A DNA stretch of 64,000 nucleotides, taken from assembly GCA_964304625.1 (NCBI GenBank), contig OZ199839.1, positions 3,826,670 to 3,890,669 of the forward strand. Reading direction: 5' to 3'. This DNA comes from Kudoa neothunni. Its lineage: Eukaryota > Animalia > Cnidaria. The translations under genes were made by a program, and so were the position numbers. The notes beneath the pieces were generated by a model. The model worked only from the letters and a program-made list of their open reading frames with translations, had not been told where the DNA came from and ran no database searches. Of this stretch, positions 27,303-40,144 are shown piece by piece (position 1 is the first letter of the stretch; each line of letters starts with the position of its first letter).

Positions 27303-27496
27303 TTAATATACGAACTAATCATTATCTTCAATCGGAAAATTCGGCCACTATTCTACATTTTAACCTTTTAAGCTAATATAATCAATTTACTGAGATATTT
27401 TATTTATCAAAATGTTTGTAAAAACTAATAACCACAAAACGTTGGAATCATGAAATCCCTATCCAAATCCTTAATAATCCTCACTTCAACACATAA

Positions 27497-27780
27497 TCAC
27501 CCTCGTTTTGTTTTAAATTTTCCTCGGCCCTCGCTGTCGGCGCGTCTCGTCAGGGATTGGGTGTTTAAAATAGTTTGATTGCCACGTGTTGTATCGTTAG
27601 CATAAAATGGTTTCTTTGGCACATCGCGAAGGGGAGCCCGAGAAGGCTCCCACACTCGATTTTTTAAAGGCTTAAATACAATACAATGCCGATGCAATTA
27701 TATGATGGGTCGCGAGCTCGAACTCGCTACCTCTGGAATGAGCCAATGTCTAATGTATAGCTTCTGTGTAATATACCCAC
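27497..27780 (-). mobile_element. Possible tRNA-derived SINE / pseudo-tRNA
   Basis: GC-rich island. The minus strand has ttggctcattccagaggtagcgagttcgagctcgc (anticodon-arm remnant plus B-box GTTCGA), then a ggagcc...ggctcc hairpin. No intact cloverleaf. Confidence 0.35.
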
Positions 27781-28449
27781 TAAATAATCCAGGTAAGTTT
27801 TGGATGCGTTAAATACTGTCTGTTACTTTGTGATAAGCATTCGAAGAAGCTAGACATTATTTTGTAGTTTTAAATGATTTCCTACAAAATACTTAGTGAA
27901 ATGAAGTAGATTGACGCTCTTTTTAGTTTCCTACCTAAAAAGATTTCCAATTTTGGCTTGATGTTTTTAACAGAAAAAAGTCGCTGAATCCTAATTTTTT
28001 CTTCCTTTAGAACAGGAATGTTAGCTTCAATATTCTGAGTTATCGTAAATAATAGGTTATGCATCCAAAATATAATGCTCCAAGGTATTCTAGCCTTTTA
28101 AAAAGGACTGATCTAAGTAGATATTTTTAGTAGAAAATACTTCTTAGAGAAACTGATGAGCTAGAAAGAAAGTAATCACCAACGTGACACAATCTTGATT
28201 AATTTTTGCTCTTGTTTAGTCCTATCACGTATAATCGCCATTTTGTTGATATATATTTAAAATTATTGAATAAGCTTCTAAATAATTAGTTACTTTCTTG
28301 AACTATAATGACGTTTTTAATATTTTGTGAAATTATTTTATGTATAAAATAGATTTGTAATATATTAAAAACTAAATAAGAGAAAATTTGGAGATAAAAA
28401 CTTTTCGAGAATTTTACACATCAAACACTGAAATCATTCTTGACCATAT

Positions 28450-29520
28450 AAATATTTGGCTAAATTACAGTATACGTGTAATCTTCGCCGATTGTCTCGA
28501 ACATTCAAAATAGTTCCTATTATAAATACATATTCCAAAAATAGTCACATTCGAAGGTACTGAAACTATTTCAATGTTTGATTATGGTCATTCTCGATTT
28601 TATCTTGAATATATTATAAAAAGTTTCTAACATGTGGGATTTTTGCATTATTTTTATACATGTGTGTATGGTGAGAACATGTACACGACAGTTAGGAAGG
28701 ATGTAAATGAGGAGAACCTATTCAACTACATTGTTTGCATGAAAAGATATTTAATTCAAAATAAGACAATATTTTAATGTCGAGGATTTCTTTGTGGAAA
28801 ATATCTATTGCGATTGAGGCCATCAGCCTAATATGGTCTATGAAGCTTTGCATCAGCATTTGGATATATATATATATCAACAAATTCAATAATATTAAAA
28901 TTAAAACCCATTGTTGGGGACATAATGACTTTAAAATTAGACGAAGAATCCAATAAAATTAGAAAAGAAGAAATAATCTTACAAATTTATGAAACTGCCT
29001 TATAGACAAGAAAATACGGCGTAGTAAAGCTTTTAAAAGGTCAGTAATATTAAATAATAGGTGGAATCGACGAAGAAGGAGACGATTCTTAAAAATTGAA
29101 AAGACTTGACACAGATTAATTCTTGAAAATATTATTTTAGATAATGCCAAGTTTGGCTCAATCTTACGGACGGGCGATTCGCGTGGTTACAACAATTTAA
29201 AATATTTGAGATTAATCCATGGAACTTTTATCCATTAAAGATAATCGGTTTCTCTCGTAATAAGTTATACAATTCGTATAGAATATAATTGAGGAACATT
29301 CAAGCGAAAGTACCGGAATTTCATTAATAAAATACCCTAAAATCTGGGCGACTGTATATCTGATTAATAGTTTAAAATAAAATATTAAAAAAGGAATTGA
29401 GTACTCTATCTAAACATGTAATGAATATATTTGCAAATTCAAAATATGCTCAACTTTTCCAGATCGTGCAAAAATTTCGTCCGAAGATTACATGTATACT
29501 GTAATTTAGTCGAATATTTT
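28450..29520 (+). mobile_element. IS630/Tc1-like relic with ~38-bp inverted repeats
   Basis: aaatatttggctaaattacagtatacgtgtaatcttcg versus its reverse complement at 29482-29520; residual 'IILDNAK' motif. Confidence 0.6.
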
Positions 29521-29702
29521 ACTGATGAAGAAAATCACAAAAATACATATAAAAGTGTTGTCTGTGAGACAGAATTCAAAAGTTTCAAAACATATTTTAT
29601 GTAAAATTTACTAATAATATTAATTGTGTAATAACGTTTAATGTATAAGAGGAAGAAGTTGTTGGCAAATAATTGCAATATTACAAAGAAAACGGGCGTA
29701 AC

Positions 29703-30771
29703 TTACTGCGGCAGTTTCGAACATCTCAACTTTGCGAAGTAATTTTTCTTGAGTTCAGCGTCAAACAGGAGATGCAATAGTGAGAACGCTGGAGCAATGA
29801 ATGTTAGTAGAAAACCAACACAAAATTGAACCCAAGTTGAAATATAGACGTTAAAGGTGAAGAGAATTTTTGTCATAACGTAAGGTGCCCAAAGAATGAA
29901 AAATATGCTAATATTTCCAATAGAAAATATTAACACTTTTCTATAACTAGAAGCATTCCCCGAATTTGTATGTTCGGGTATTTGATTAGGATTCTAAAAA
30001 ATCAATAATCATTATAAAGATTTTTCTATACTTGCGGAATTACATTATCATCGTTATTTAAATAAAATGGCGTAAATGTGCCGAAAAATTCGTTCATTCT
30101 ACGCTTCATGCTCATCAATTTCCAGTACACAAACAAAACCACTGCACCTGGTAGAACCAATGACAATAACAATTGTACTGTGTATACTATTTTTTTCGGT
30201 ATATCTATACTCTTTGGAATAGCACATGACTAAAAAATAATTTATTAATTTAATATTAACCCTTTTTTATGTATAATTAGAAAGTAGGGTCAATAAATAT
30301 GTGAATGAATATTACATTATTTTTGCCATCTTCAACTATCTTAAAAAATGCGGTATGCGTGGCGGCAGCCGCTACGAATATTACAACCATAACAATTATG
30401 TGAACAGCTGATCTGAAATTTTTTTTATAATACGTGTTGGGATAGAGAACTGCTATATAACGATAAATTGTCGCCAAACCAATAGATGACATTTGCATGT
30501 ATATAACAAAATTTGAAATGAATGATGCCAGTTTACATGTGTGTGTTCCACCGAATTCTGGATCGTGTAAACTGCCCCACATGTAAAATCCAAGATCCAT
30601 TAGAAGTAACAAATTATTTATATAAAAAACGATCTCGCATCTTTTAATGTGATCGGATCGATAAATTTTTCCAAGCAGAACCACAATCATAGTTATGCAC
30701 ATAAATATGTTGAATGCACAGGGAAGTATCATCCCCGCAACACAATACATCCATATGTTTTCTATTATCAT
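29703..30771 (-). CDS. Divergent class A orphan GPCR, copy 3 (3 exons)
   Basis: Same two introns (before the ECL2 Cys and in ICL3). 'DPEFGGTHTCKL' versus copy 2 'DPTLGGLHSCRF'; TIYRYIAVLYP; LVLPG...Y; ILWAPY. Confidence 0.87.
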
Positions 30772-33700
30772 ACTGTATAAATTGCAGCTAGAATATCACT
30801 CTAATAACTTCAAGTATTATTACGGAGTATTTTATAAGCCTTATTAAGGGAACAATCTATTCTATCTATGAGATCTGTTTGATTATTCTCATTATTATTA
30901 TTACTACTATTTCTGTTAGTTGATTGGTTAAGAGTTATTTTTATAATTTGAATATGACTATTTACCTTTCCCTGGCAGTTTTATTTATATTTTGTCCTAT
31001 TCTACCTCTGATTTATGATGGGTATGCATTTTTGAAATAAAAATGACCTCGCGCTATCTACTTTTTTCTATCCTAATAATATGTGAACAACTGTTCGATA
31101 AAACATTTTTTCTTTAAAAAGAGGGTAATCATATTATTTGTGAACCGACTTATCTCCCTGAATGATCACATAAAATTCCAAACCAAATTTCATTAAAACT
31201 TTTAAAGTTTAAATGATCTCAACTTAAACCCAATAAATCTTTGTGTAAATTGAGTTAATAATAAATTTAATTCGAATTACATTCAATGTTTTGTGGTCCC
31301 TTATTTCAAGTTCACAATATAAAATATGTATTAGCTAATTAATTCCAATAATTCTTTTCCAGAAAACTATTTTTGCACTTTTCTGGTCACGACTAGCTGA
31401 CAATTCCAGAAATCTATTATATGTTGAGCTATCACCTCATGCGTGGTTATTGACAGAGGTCGATTCTTCATTTTATCGACTTCTATCTAACTTCAACTAC
31501 TTTAACCACGTCGCATTGAATATATCGAGTTTTTTTATTTTATTATTATTCACAATAATGCCATAAATATTGGATTGTGAAAAATTGAGCTGAAAACACT
31601 TGAATAATTTTCAGGTTACGTATCTATCATCTAGGTCAGTTTTAGATAGGTGACTAACCGTAGGGTTTAAAACGACCCCAAGTTTACCTCTTTATTAATC
31701 CTGAATGAATCAACCCGCTATTACCATCATATTTTATTAAAATATTAGTAATAATGATGATTTAGTAAGGATAAAAAAAATAATTTTTACATCTCAATAC
31801 TTCAACGTTAACTTAAATATCTTACTTGCGATATATGAAAATAGGATTATTGAGCTTGATCTTGATCTTGTCAACACATTGCTTTAACATGATGCCCGTA
31901 AAAATATAAATTCTTTAATATAACCTAGTAAATTATACTCAAAGATGGTTCACAGAAAATTGTCTGACTGACTTCATAACAATGTTTTCATTCGAAATTA
32001 TTCCATCGTCGCCTTTGAACTTTTTTTAATTTCATCCCAATTTAACTTTCAGTTAACTCTCAAAAGCAAAGGCGTAAAAAATTGAATTTAAAGTGTGTTA
32101 GAGTGACCCTATTTCTTGTATTTTAATATAAAGGTAATAAGCTTTACAGGCCCTTTTTATTTACAGTACAAAGGTGATAATTGAACTCATAGAATTAAAG
32201 AACTCAATTATAACATTGTTTTTCATATAGGATATCTTTAAAATGTGATTATTTTATTCCTTCCATGTTTTTAGAAACAAGCATCAAAAATATTTGAATC
32301 CAAGTCGGTCTCTTTTACCATCAAATACGACATTAATTAGTCAATCATATTTTAATAAGTTTTTGTAATTTCGGACATAGTTTGACAATCGGTAAATTTA
32401 AGGAATGCCACATTTCGCCAAATTTTGAGATTCTTCTTTATCAAATAATTAATTGCGCATGCGCATTTCAAAAATCATACCGAATAATGCAGTGTTATAA
32501 TCTATTTTAAGCTTACACATTCTCTATTTTTATGAAATGTAATTCGTATATTGCAGGAATTAATATGAAAAATGTAATAAGCATATTATATGTGAACACG
32601 GCTTTATTTATTAATTTCGTAGCTGAAATCAATATTTACCTTAAAAAATCTGCATTTTTGAATATATCGACTTATGTGGATTCATTTCTTACAAAATATA
32701 ATACAAAATGAATAGATCCTAGTTAGAGAAATATATTTTGTTGGAAATTTTATAGCGAATAATTGATCCTAATAAAATACAATCGTTATATGGTAAAATT
32801 GAACTTAATGAAAAATTTGTATGTTTCATATTTTTAATATATTTACGCTCAACTAATGTTTTTATCTATTTTTAGGAAAAACATAGGTTGAGCGTGAAAT
32901 TATATTTATTTTAGATTTTGTTATTGGAAGATTTATCCTAACCTAACAATGAGAGTGCGTGCGCGAACACCTTTTTTAATCCTAACAGCCCCTATTTATA
33001 GGTGATATAAACATAAAAAATTTTAAATCTGTCATTCCATCATTTATGACTGCTCTATGAGTCTCAAGAAACTTAAATAATTATATACAGTGGAAAATAA
33101 AACTAAATGAAAATTATGACTACAATAATAGTCACTTACTTTTTTATTCCTTAAAATCAATTAATTTAATTTACTATGTTTAATTTATGTTAAAATTGCT
33201 AATTCAAAATAATACATTATGCAATATGATACTCTACGTCATATCTAATAATAATCATAAACTTTGTAGTTCTTCGTTAATTGTGTTATATTCGACTGAT
33301 AATGTGAAATATTATTTAGTTCTTACATACATAAAATCATTAGAAGTAAAAAACTACAAATTTATACGTTTTATATTGAAATTAAAACTGAATTCATGAA
33401 TTTCTTATACATACCGCGACTGGTACTATGGACTAATAAGCGTACGACCTGATATTATAGAATTATAAGTTACGTTAATTCTACTCGATTCTATTTGCTA
33501 CTTATTTATAAAAATTAACTTAAGGCAGTCAAAATTTGTTCACATTAAATCAATATGTTAAGCATTGTTTAGATTAAAAAATGGATTATGCTCAACACAA
33601 TAAAAGAACATAATTTCGGGTTCAGTTTATGCCAAATAAGATTTAGTGGTGAGTTAGAAATGTAAAACTTTACTTAAGATATATTTTTTTTATTTCTTTA

Positions 33701-33929
33701 GATCTATTTTAATTCTGCAATATCTTGAACTTTCGGTTCTCGTTAATTTTTTGTCATTAGTAATGTGAATAGTTTAGCGAACTCAATGAATGACTTGTAT
33801 CAAAAAGTTTTTAATCATCACATAACCATTAAGAATAACTTTTTATCTCACAGTAATATCGTAAAAATGATATATTTATACATTTAAATAAAAAATAAGT
33901 AAAATAAAGCTTTTATGCTATTTTATTAA

Positions 33930-36900
33930 CCCATTCAGGGTTAGCGTTTCGTTTTCGAAACAAAAATAAGTTGTCATATTTCTTTCAATAATGTTAACAT
34001 TATATTTATTTAGGAAAATTTATATTAAGTAATATATGCTAATTATTTTTATTTTAATAAAGAGAAATAAATTAATTCGTTTATAAGTTATTACAAGATA
34101 TTTTCTCTTTTTTGTGTTTTTCATTTCCAAAGTAATATTTTGATGTTACCACGTTGAAAAATATTTCCCTTTTCATTGTTATTTCATCATATAATTCACA
34201 ACTAACGTTTATTATTTTGAAAAAAAAATCACAAATTAAAAAATTAAGAGTAAATAAAAATAATCCTTTAATCCTCCGCGCATACACCAATGTTGTGGCA
34301 GGAGACAATATCGTAAATAAAATAGTTCAAGTTTCAATGTTTCGAAAACGAAGTGCTAAAATTGACACGTGACATATTAGTACAACCCTTTCTGGTCGTT
34401 ATCAAATTAAAATGGAGCACACGTGTTATAAAAACCTTTTGGATACAACAAATGATGATGAGATAATTGAAGATGATGAATTCATTGATTTCGTTACTCT
34501 TCCTCCTTATGTTAATGAACTAACAGATACAGAGAGTAATTTCCCCCAATAATGTCTGAGGTTACCAACTTAGAAGATGTACCATAAGTTTGTGGGAATG
34601 CTGAAATATTTTATTCTATTTTTAATTAAACAGAGAGTTAAGATGTTGTTAATTCTTCTTGTTGGATTTATCAACCTTTCAACTCAGACTGTTTAGACGT
34701 TTCATCAAATGAACGAGAGGTTTCCCAATTAAAGAACCAAACTGATTTAAATGATTTACCCGATTCCCATATATCATCATATGAGTTACTTCTAAGATTT
34801 TTCGAGGATAGATTGTTCTTGCATATTGTAAAACAGAGCAATTTGTACATTCGTCAAGAAATGACCATGATTTTCATTTAATTATAGATGGGCTAAAATC
34901 TTTTCTTGGGATCTTAATTGTCACTGGTTACCATGCATTCCCAAGACAGCACATGTATTGGGAATCAGCAATTGATTCCGGCGTTGAAATTATTTAGAGA
35001 ACTATGAATTATAAAAAATTCAAATTAGTAAAGAAATACATACATTTCAACAATAACGCAAATATCAACGTAGAAAACAAGGCATTTCAAAATCGTCCAT
35101 TAATGGATCGACTAAACTCAACATTTAAAATGTATGGAATTTTTTAGAAAAACGTATCGATAGACAAACAAATGGTTCTATACACTGGGCGTCATTCAGT
35201 TAAAATGTTTAAAAAAACAAACCCATTCGCTTCGGGTTTAAGCAATGGATTATAGCGTCTTCAAGCGGGTACACGTACTGTTTCGATCTTTATCTTGGAA
35301 AATCAAACTCGTATGATAAAAATTTTGGTCTCGGTGGCAGTGTCGTGAAAAAATTTATAGATGAAGTATGAGAAACGGGTCCATAAAATGTATTCTTCGA
35401 TAATTTTTTCACCTCATTTAATCTACTTGTCGAGCTTAAAAAATTTGGCGTTAATGGTACGGGAACTGTTAGATAAAACAGATTATCGAAATATCCTCTG
35501 ACACTTTCTAAGAAGTTTCGAAAACAACCCCATGGAGAATTTGAAAGCTACATACATACCAAGTCAAATATTGTATGCACTCAATGCAATGGCACTAGAT
35601 CTGTGGTTCTAATGAGTAACTACTATAATTCGTACCCAATTCAAAGTATAACTCGCTATTGTAAAGAAAAGAAATACAATCGCAATATCCATCAACAACC
35701 CCTCTCCTTTTATAACTATAACAAGCGTATGGGTGGAATTGACTTGGTTAATAATTGTATTTCGTGTTATCGCATAACAACCCGCTCTAAAAGAGGGTAT
35801 TGGCCACTATTTACAAATATGGTGTAATAGTGCGAATACAAACACTATATATAGGTATAATGATACTAATCAATCCGAGCCACGTCGTTAGCACTATCAA
35901 TCATAAGCGGATTCCCGCGGTCGTGATGGAGGCCACGGTCTCACGTATTACACATGGTATTTATGGTTTTAGTCAATTCTTTGAGGCTTTATAATAAGAT
36001 AAACAACAATTCGCTTGATTGATTGGCCCATACAAGACAAGTTGTCACGACCCTTATTAAGCCAAAAGAAAGAGTAAATATTGGACGTAGATCCGCTATA
36101 TCAAAAAAACAACTCTTAAAAATATGTAGTTCTCCTTGCATTATTTCACATCTCAATAAAACCCCTAGAAGATGCATCATGTGTAAGAATGTCACAATTC
36201 ATCTTTGTACAAACTGCAATTGTTTTATGCATATTGCTTGCTCCAAAAAATTTCATCAGATATGAATGATTATTCAATTTTTTCATTATTTTAGTTGGGT
36301 TGTTTACTTCTTGCGTAACACAAAATCTGATAATGCGCTATTTATTCTATTTAGAAAACACACGCGGGAGGTTTTGCATTTCGTTTTCGAAACATTACTG
36401 AATCCTAATTTTACGTTTACTTACAAAATTTAATAAATTTTTAGGTTAAAATGTAGAATAGTGGCCACACTTTCCGATAAAAGATTATAATTGGTTCGTA
36501 GATTAATCCTGAATTTTTTATAACAAATTAGCATGAGATATGTTGAACATTTAATGGTTGGAATGAGTGAATTAATTACAATAAAATATTTTTGATCTTA
36601 ACGTTATGCATTTGATACAATGTAACACCTAATGCTTGCAGATAATATTAATTTCTTATTTTTATAGACATAGAATTAATAATAGGCAATCACTAATGAT
36701 GAAATATGAAAATCAATAAAAAATCATAGTTGTCACACTCAAATTTTAGGATAAAACAAAGCAGGCTTTACTCCATCGATTAAATGGTATGGCCTGTGGA
36801 AATAACTACGAGGGGTTAGCAGTCATTTAAAGAATATATTACAAAAACTATTATCAATAACAAATACAATGCTGAAAATAACCTACTGGCGGTGAAACAA

Positions 36901-37078
36901 TGATAAATACAAAAAATTAGAATAATCAACAGGTTCGATTTTTATCGTGGTCGCTGATTTGGATTACGGCCACTATTCTACGTTTTAACAAATTTTTAAA
37001 TTCAGATATTTTATTTTTATGATGTTTTTTATAATATACCTAATTTAAAAAAAATTACAAAATTGGAACCTAAATGGA
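33930..37078 (+). mobile_element. Dead piggyBac (PGBD2/3-like) element; transposase pseudogene ~34411-36265
   Basis: ttaa-cccattcagg ... cctaaatgga-ttaa ends and gtttcgttttcgaaac subterminal repeats. Motifs SIDKQM...GRH, KPIRFGFKQW, FFDNFFTS, YNKRMGGIDL and a Cys-rich tail, with many stops and frameshifts. Confidence 0.88.
36444..36990. mobile_element. Merlin-like MITE copy A (547 bp) nested in the dead piggyBac
   Basis: TIR ggttaaaatgtagaatagtggcc / ggccactattctacgttttaac(a); perfect 8-bp TSD aattttta at 36436-36443 and 36991-36998. GG..CC ends with an 8-bp TSD are typical of Merlin/IS1016. Confidence 0.85.
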
Positions 37079-37360
37079 TTAATTAAAGGTTTTACTATTT
37101 AAATTAATGTTAATACTTTTTATCTCTAACATTCGCTTTTTTGTATCAATTTAATTTTTGGATTACCTGACAATTTCATATTGATTTCTTAAAATGTAAT
37201 ATTCCAAAAATTAAAACATAACTTCTCTTTGAGATTAAACAATGAATGAGTTGGCACGGTTAAACAAAATTTTATTTTTTTTTATATCTTCAGAATAAAA
37301 TATTATTTAATTACAAAGGTCATCAATAGTATGTTAAGTGATTGAAACACTCCTAAGTTA

Positions 37361-39313
37361 CCTTCCGATATCCAAGGAAAAAACTTACGCGCATACTTGG
37401 AGGTGGACAAAGTATCCGCACCCAAAAAACATTGAATTATATAAATGAACTATGAATTATTTATTAAAAATGGTTTACATTTTATTAAATTTATTATTTA
37501 TTGATCGCACGTACTCCTATTTATGTGGCATCGTTTATTGGGAGATCTGTTAGAAACACCATAATGTCCGCATTTTCTGGGTCCGTCGTTTGTCTTTTCA
37601 CTGTTATTTTGTATAACTGTTTTGAATTCCTCTAAAAGTTCCATTGGCAACTTTTTTGAGGATTTATCTTTTATACTGAAGCTTGTATTAACTGAGAAGA
37701 TGAGGGTCCTAGTCCCATGGAATTGAAATGCATTGTGTGCTACCGCATCTGTTATGTTGTATAATACAGCTATTATCCAGCGTCTAATACAGAAATCTCA
37801 ACATTTTAGATCTTACCCAATCCCTCCTTTTTAGGATAATAAATTTTCACCCCATGTCTTTTTATGGTTACTCTATGAAGTCCTCGGATAAAAAATATTT
37901 TTGTATGCAAAATAATCATTATTTTAAATATTATAAATAATTAATATTTATACGTGAATTAACAAATTATTGATTTGTAAATTAATAAGTGTACGTTTAA
38001 AATTAATTAAATACTTACATGTATTGTAAAGGTTTTGAATAGTTTTCACGGAAAAAACTTTTCATTAATTCTTCTGTTTAAAAAATAAATGATTTAAATA
38101 AAACAGTTTATTTTTGTAATAATTTTATAGTCTTTTGGCAATCTTCGTAGTTAAATGAAAATAGGAAACTTCCTTATAATATTCTTGGATCTCATAAAAA
38201 CTTTTCTCAAAACGAACAATAAGAAATTTCCACGTTCGCCGGATCTCTGGCACTAGCTCATTGAACCCTGAGAGTTCGGCTGAATCCCGGTTGAGAATCA
38301 CTGATGGAAAACCTTGTTTTATATCAAATATATTTCCAGAGTATGTTTGCCTTTCGATTCGAGATGACTGTGAATATTACTTGTCATTGTGCTCCCGCAG
38401 GAATGACGTTCGATGAGTCCTCGATTTTTATATCGCTGTCAAAATCAGGATTATCGTCCTCATCATTAATGGGTCTATCAATAATTATGTCCATTTCCTC
38501 AATATTTTCGGATCAACTTATATCAGAATCTTCTAATGAAATAAACATAAAACCCTCGCCATTATTTATTGTTTGGCTGATCACCTACGAAAATTCCGTT
38601 TTATCCAAAAAATGATTTAGAATATTCCATTATAATGGAGAATAACATATACGTATTGGTGCTGTTTGATAATATATTAGAGACTTCTGGGTAAATATAA
38701 AAAAAATTAAACTAACTCCGTGATTGACTGGATAATCACACAGTCCACGATCATTTGTAGACGTATCTAGTCTCAATTGAATACACGCAAAAATGATAAT
38801 TATGTTCAAATAAGAATAAAAATTTAAAATTAAATTTCTTTACTAATTAAATTTTTTAAAATCTCATTGTTATGAAATTTGTAATGCATTATCTAGAAAA
38901 CTACAGGGATATACTGGAGTATCACCCTCTTAAACGCTTGGAAGTGAACATTCCTTTTAGAATTTTTGCAACTACAACTCATTTTAACCTAACTAACTTT
39001 AGTTGAAAATATAAAATAATTCTTTCAGAATCGGTAAGTAAAATATAAATTTTATTAAACCTTTATTAGAATAGAAAATCTAAAACACATTACTGGACAG
39101 CGTGTCCATCTCCAGGCATACGCGGAGCTTTTTTTTACATCAACAATTTATATACCGTACACTTTAATAAATTAGCTAGAATTTAATATACGAAATGAAA
39201 ATTCCATTTTAATAAAATACAAGAAATATAAATATTAAGAGATCATAAAAGGATATTATATTTTAAGAATACCGCCATAATGGACACGGGGACCACTTCC
39301 AGAAATCGGAGGG
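37361..39313 (-). mobile_element. Degenerate piggyBac relic
   Basis: Ends ccttccgata ... atcggaggg-ttaa; residual 'RRWIIAVLYNITDAVAHNAF' and an acidic N-terminal remnant. Confidence 0.65.
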
Positions 39314-39327
39314 TTAATATCACCAAT

Positions 39328-40144
39328 TTAATGGTTACAGAAATAAAGCGATTTGCAGAATCCTAGTGGGTTGAACCAATTTGGGTTATGAACCGTGCTC
39401 ATATGTCGAATCAAAAGACCGCACAAGTTTATTACGTATTTACACTAGAATTAATTTAAGATTGATATTTATCCGAAGATTTACCGCGTTCGTTTGATAT
39501 CCCTGAGAGATGTGTTGACAAGCCAAATTCTCAAATTCGTCGGCCGTGAAAAGTTGAAAGAGTCTTTCCTTTTCTTGTTTAAATAGCTCTATAAAACCCT
39601 AAAGAAAATTGATTGTAATAATAATATTTAGATGTGTTACCTGGCATATAAAACATTCTGCATCGTGTTCCCCTTTCAAACCTAGTTATCGAACCGCATA
39701 AATGTGTTTTAATTTTTCAAGTCTCTTACGCTGGGCTCCTTCATTAGATAGAAAATTAATTTGAATCAGCGTGTTGTTAGAATTTGATATCTTCTTAAAA
39801 ATTGTTTCATAACTTTGAATAATGAGCTGTGAAAGTGGACACTAAGAAATAATCATAATAATAGAGAATACTGATGTAGAATACAGTTTGAGAAGAGTTG
39901 TTACACCATTCATTAGTAATACGACGAAAATATCTGGAGCCATCTTCTATTAATTCCCCCAAATTAACTTGCCTTTGGACAACTTTGTCACTCTAATAGC
40001 AATAAATTAATTAGACAATATTTACCAAAAATTTTACTATTTTTCGGGATCTATGAGCATTCCATACGAAATAATCATTCATTATTAGCGCTAAATGCGA
40101 ATCATGAGTTAAATACTACCAAAAGGTACCGTAAACAAATACAT
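39328..40144 (-). CDS. Secreted saposin-like protein (SAPLIP) 1, 7 exons, ~193 aa
   Basis: Hand-spliced: MYLFTVPFALIMND...EWCNNSSQT|CPLS...|RLKGEHDAECFICQ|GFIELFKQEKERLFQLFTADEFENLACQHISQGYQTNA|CKYVINLCGLLIRHMSTVHNPNWFNPLGFCKSLYFCNH*. Saposin-B Cys pattern CxxC...C...C...P-xxx-CxxxxxC; all six introns are GT-AG. Confidence 0.8.

Larger units (their letters stand above)
24546..27365. mobile_element. Merlin-like MITE copy B, interrupted by piggyBac
   Basis: TIR ggttaaaatgtagaata(a/g)tggcc at both ends; 8-bp TSD ttttaaac/ttttaagc. The body is homologous, in inverted orientation, to 36444-36990. Confidence 0.8.

Noticed and set aside
27515-27556. Hammerhead ribozyme (ctgacgag on the minus strand); also ctgatgag at ~28153
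   Set aside because: No properly closed stem II followed by GAAA, and no flanking helices could be formed.
18942-30771. GPCRs as opsins
   Set aside because: None of the three has a Lys at the retinal-binding position in TM7.
31880-32400. Merlin transposase remnant
   Set aside because: Only faint peptide resemblance, and no TIR/TSD pair was identified.
36555-36575. Right TIR of the 33930 piggyBac (gaatgagtgaa)
   Set aside because: It lies inside the nested MITE; a better end with TTAA is at 37069-37082.
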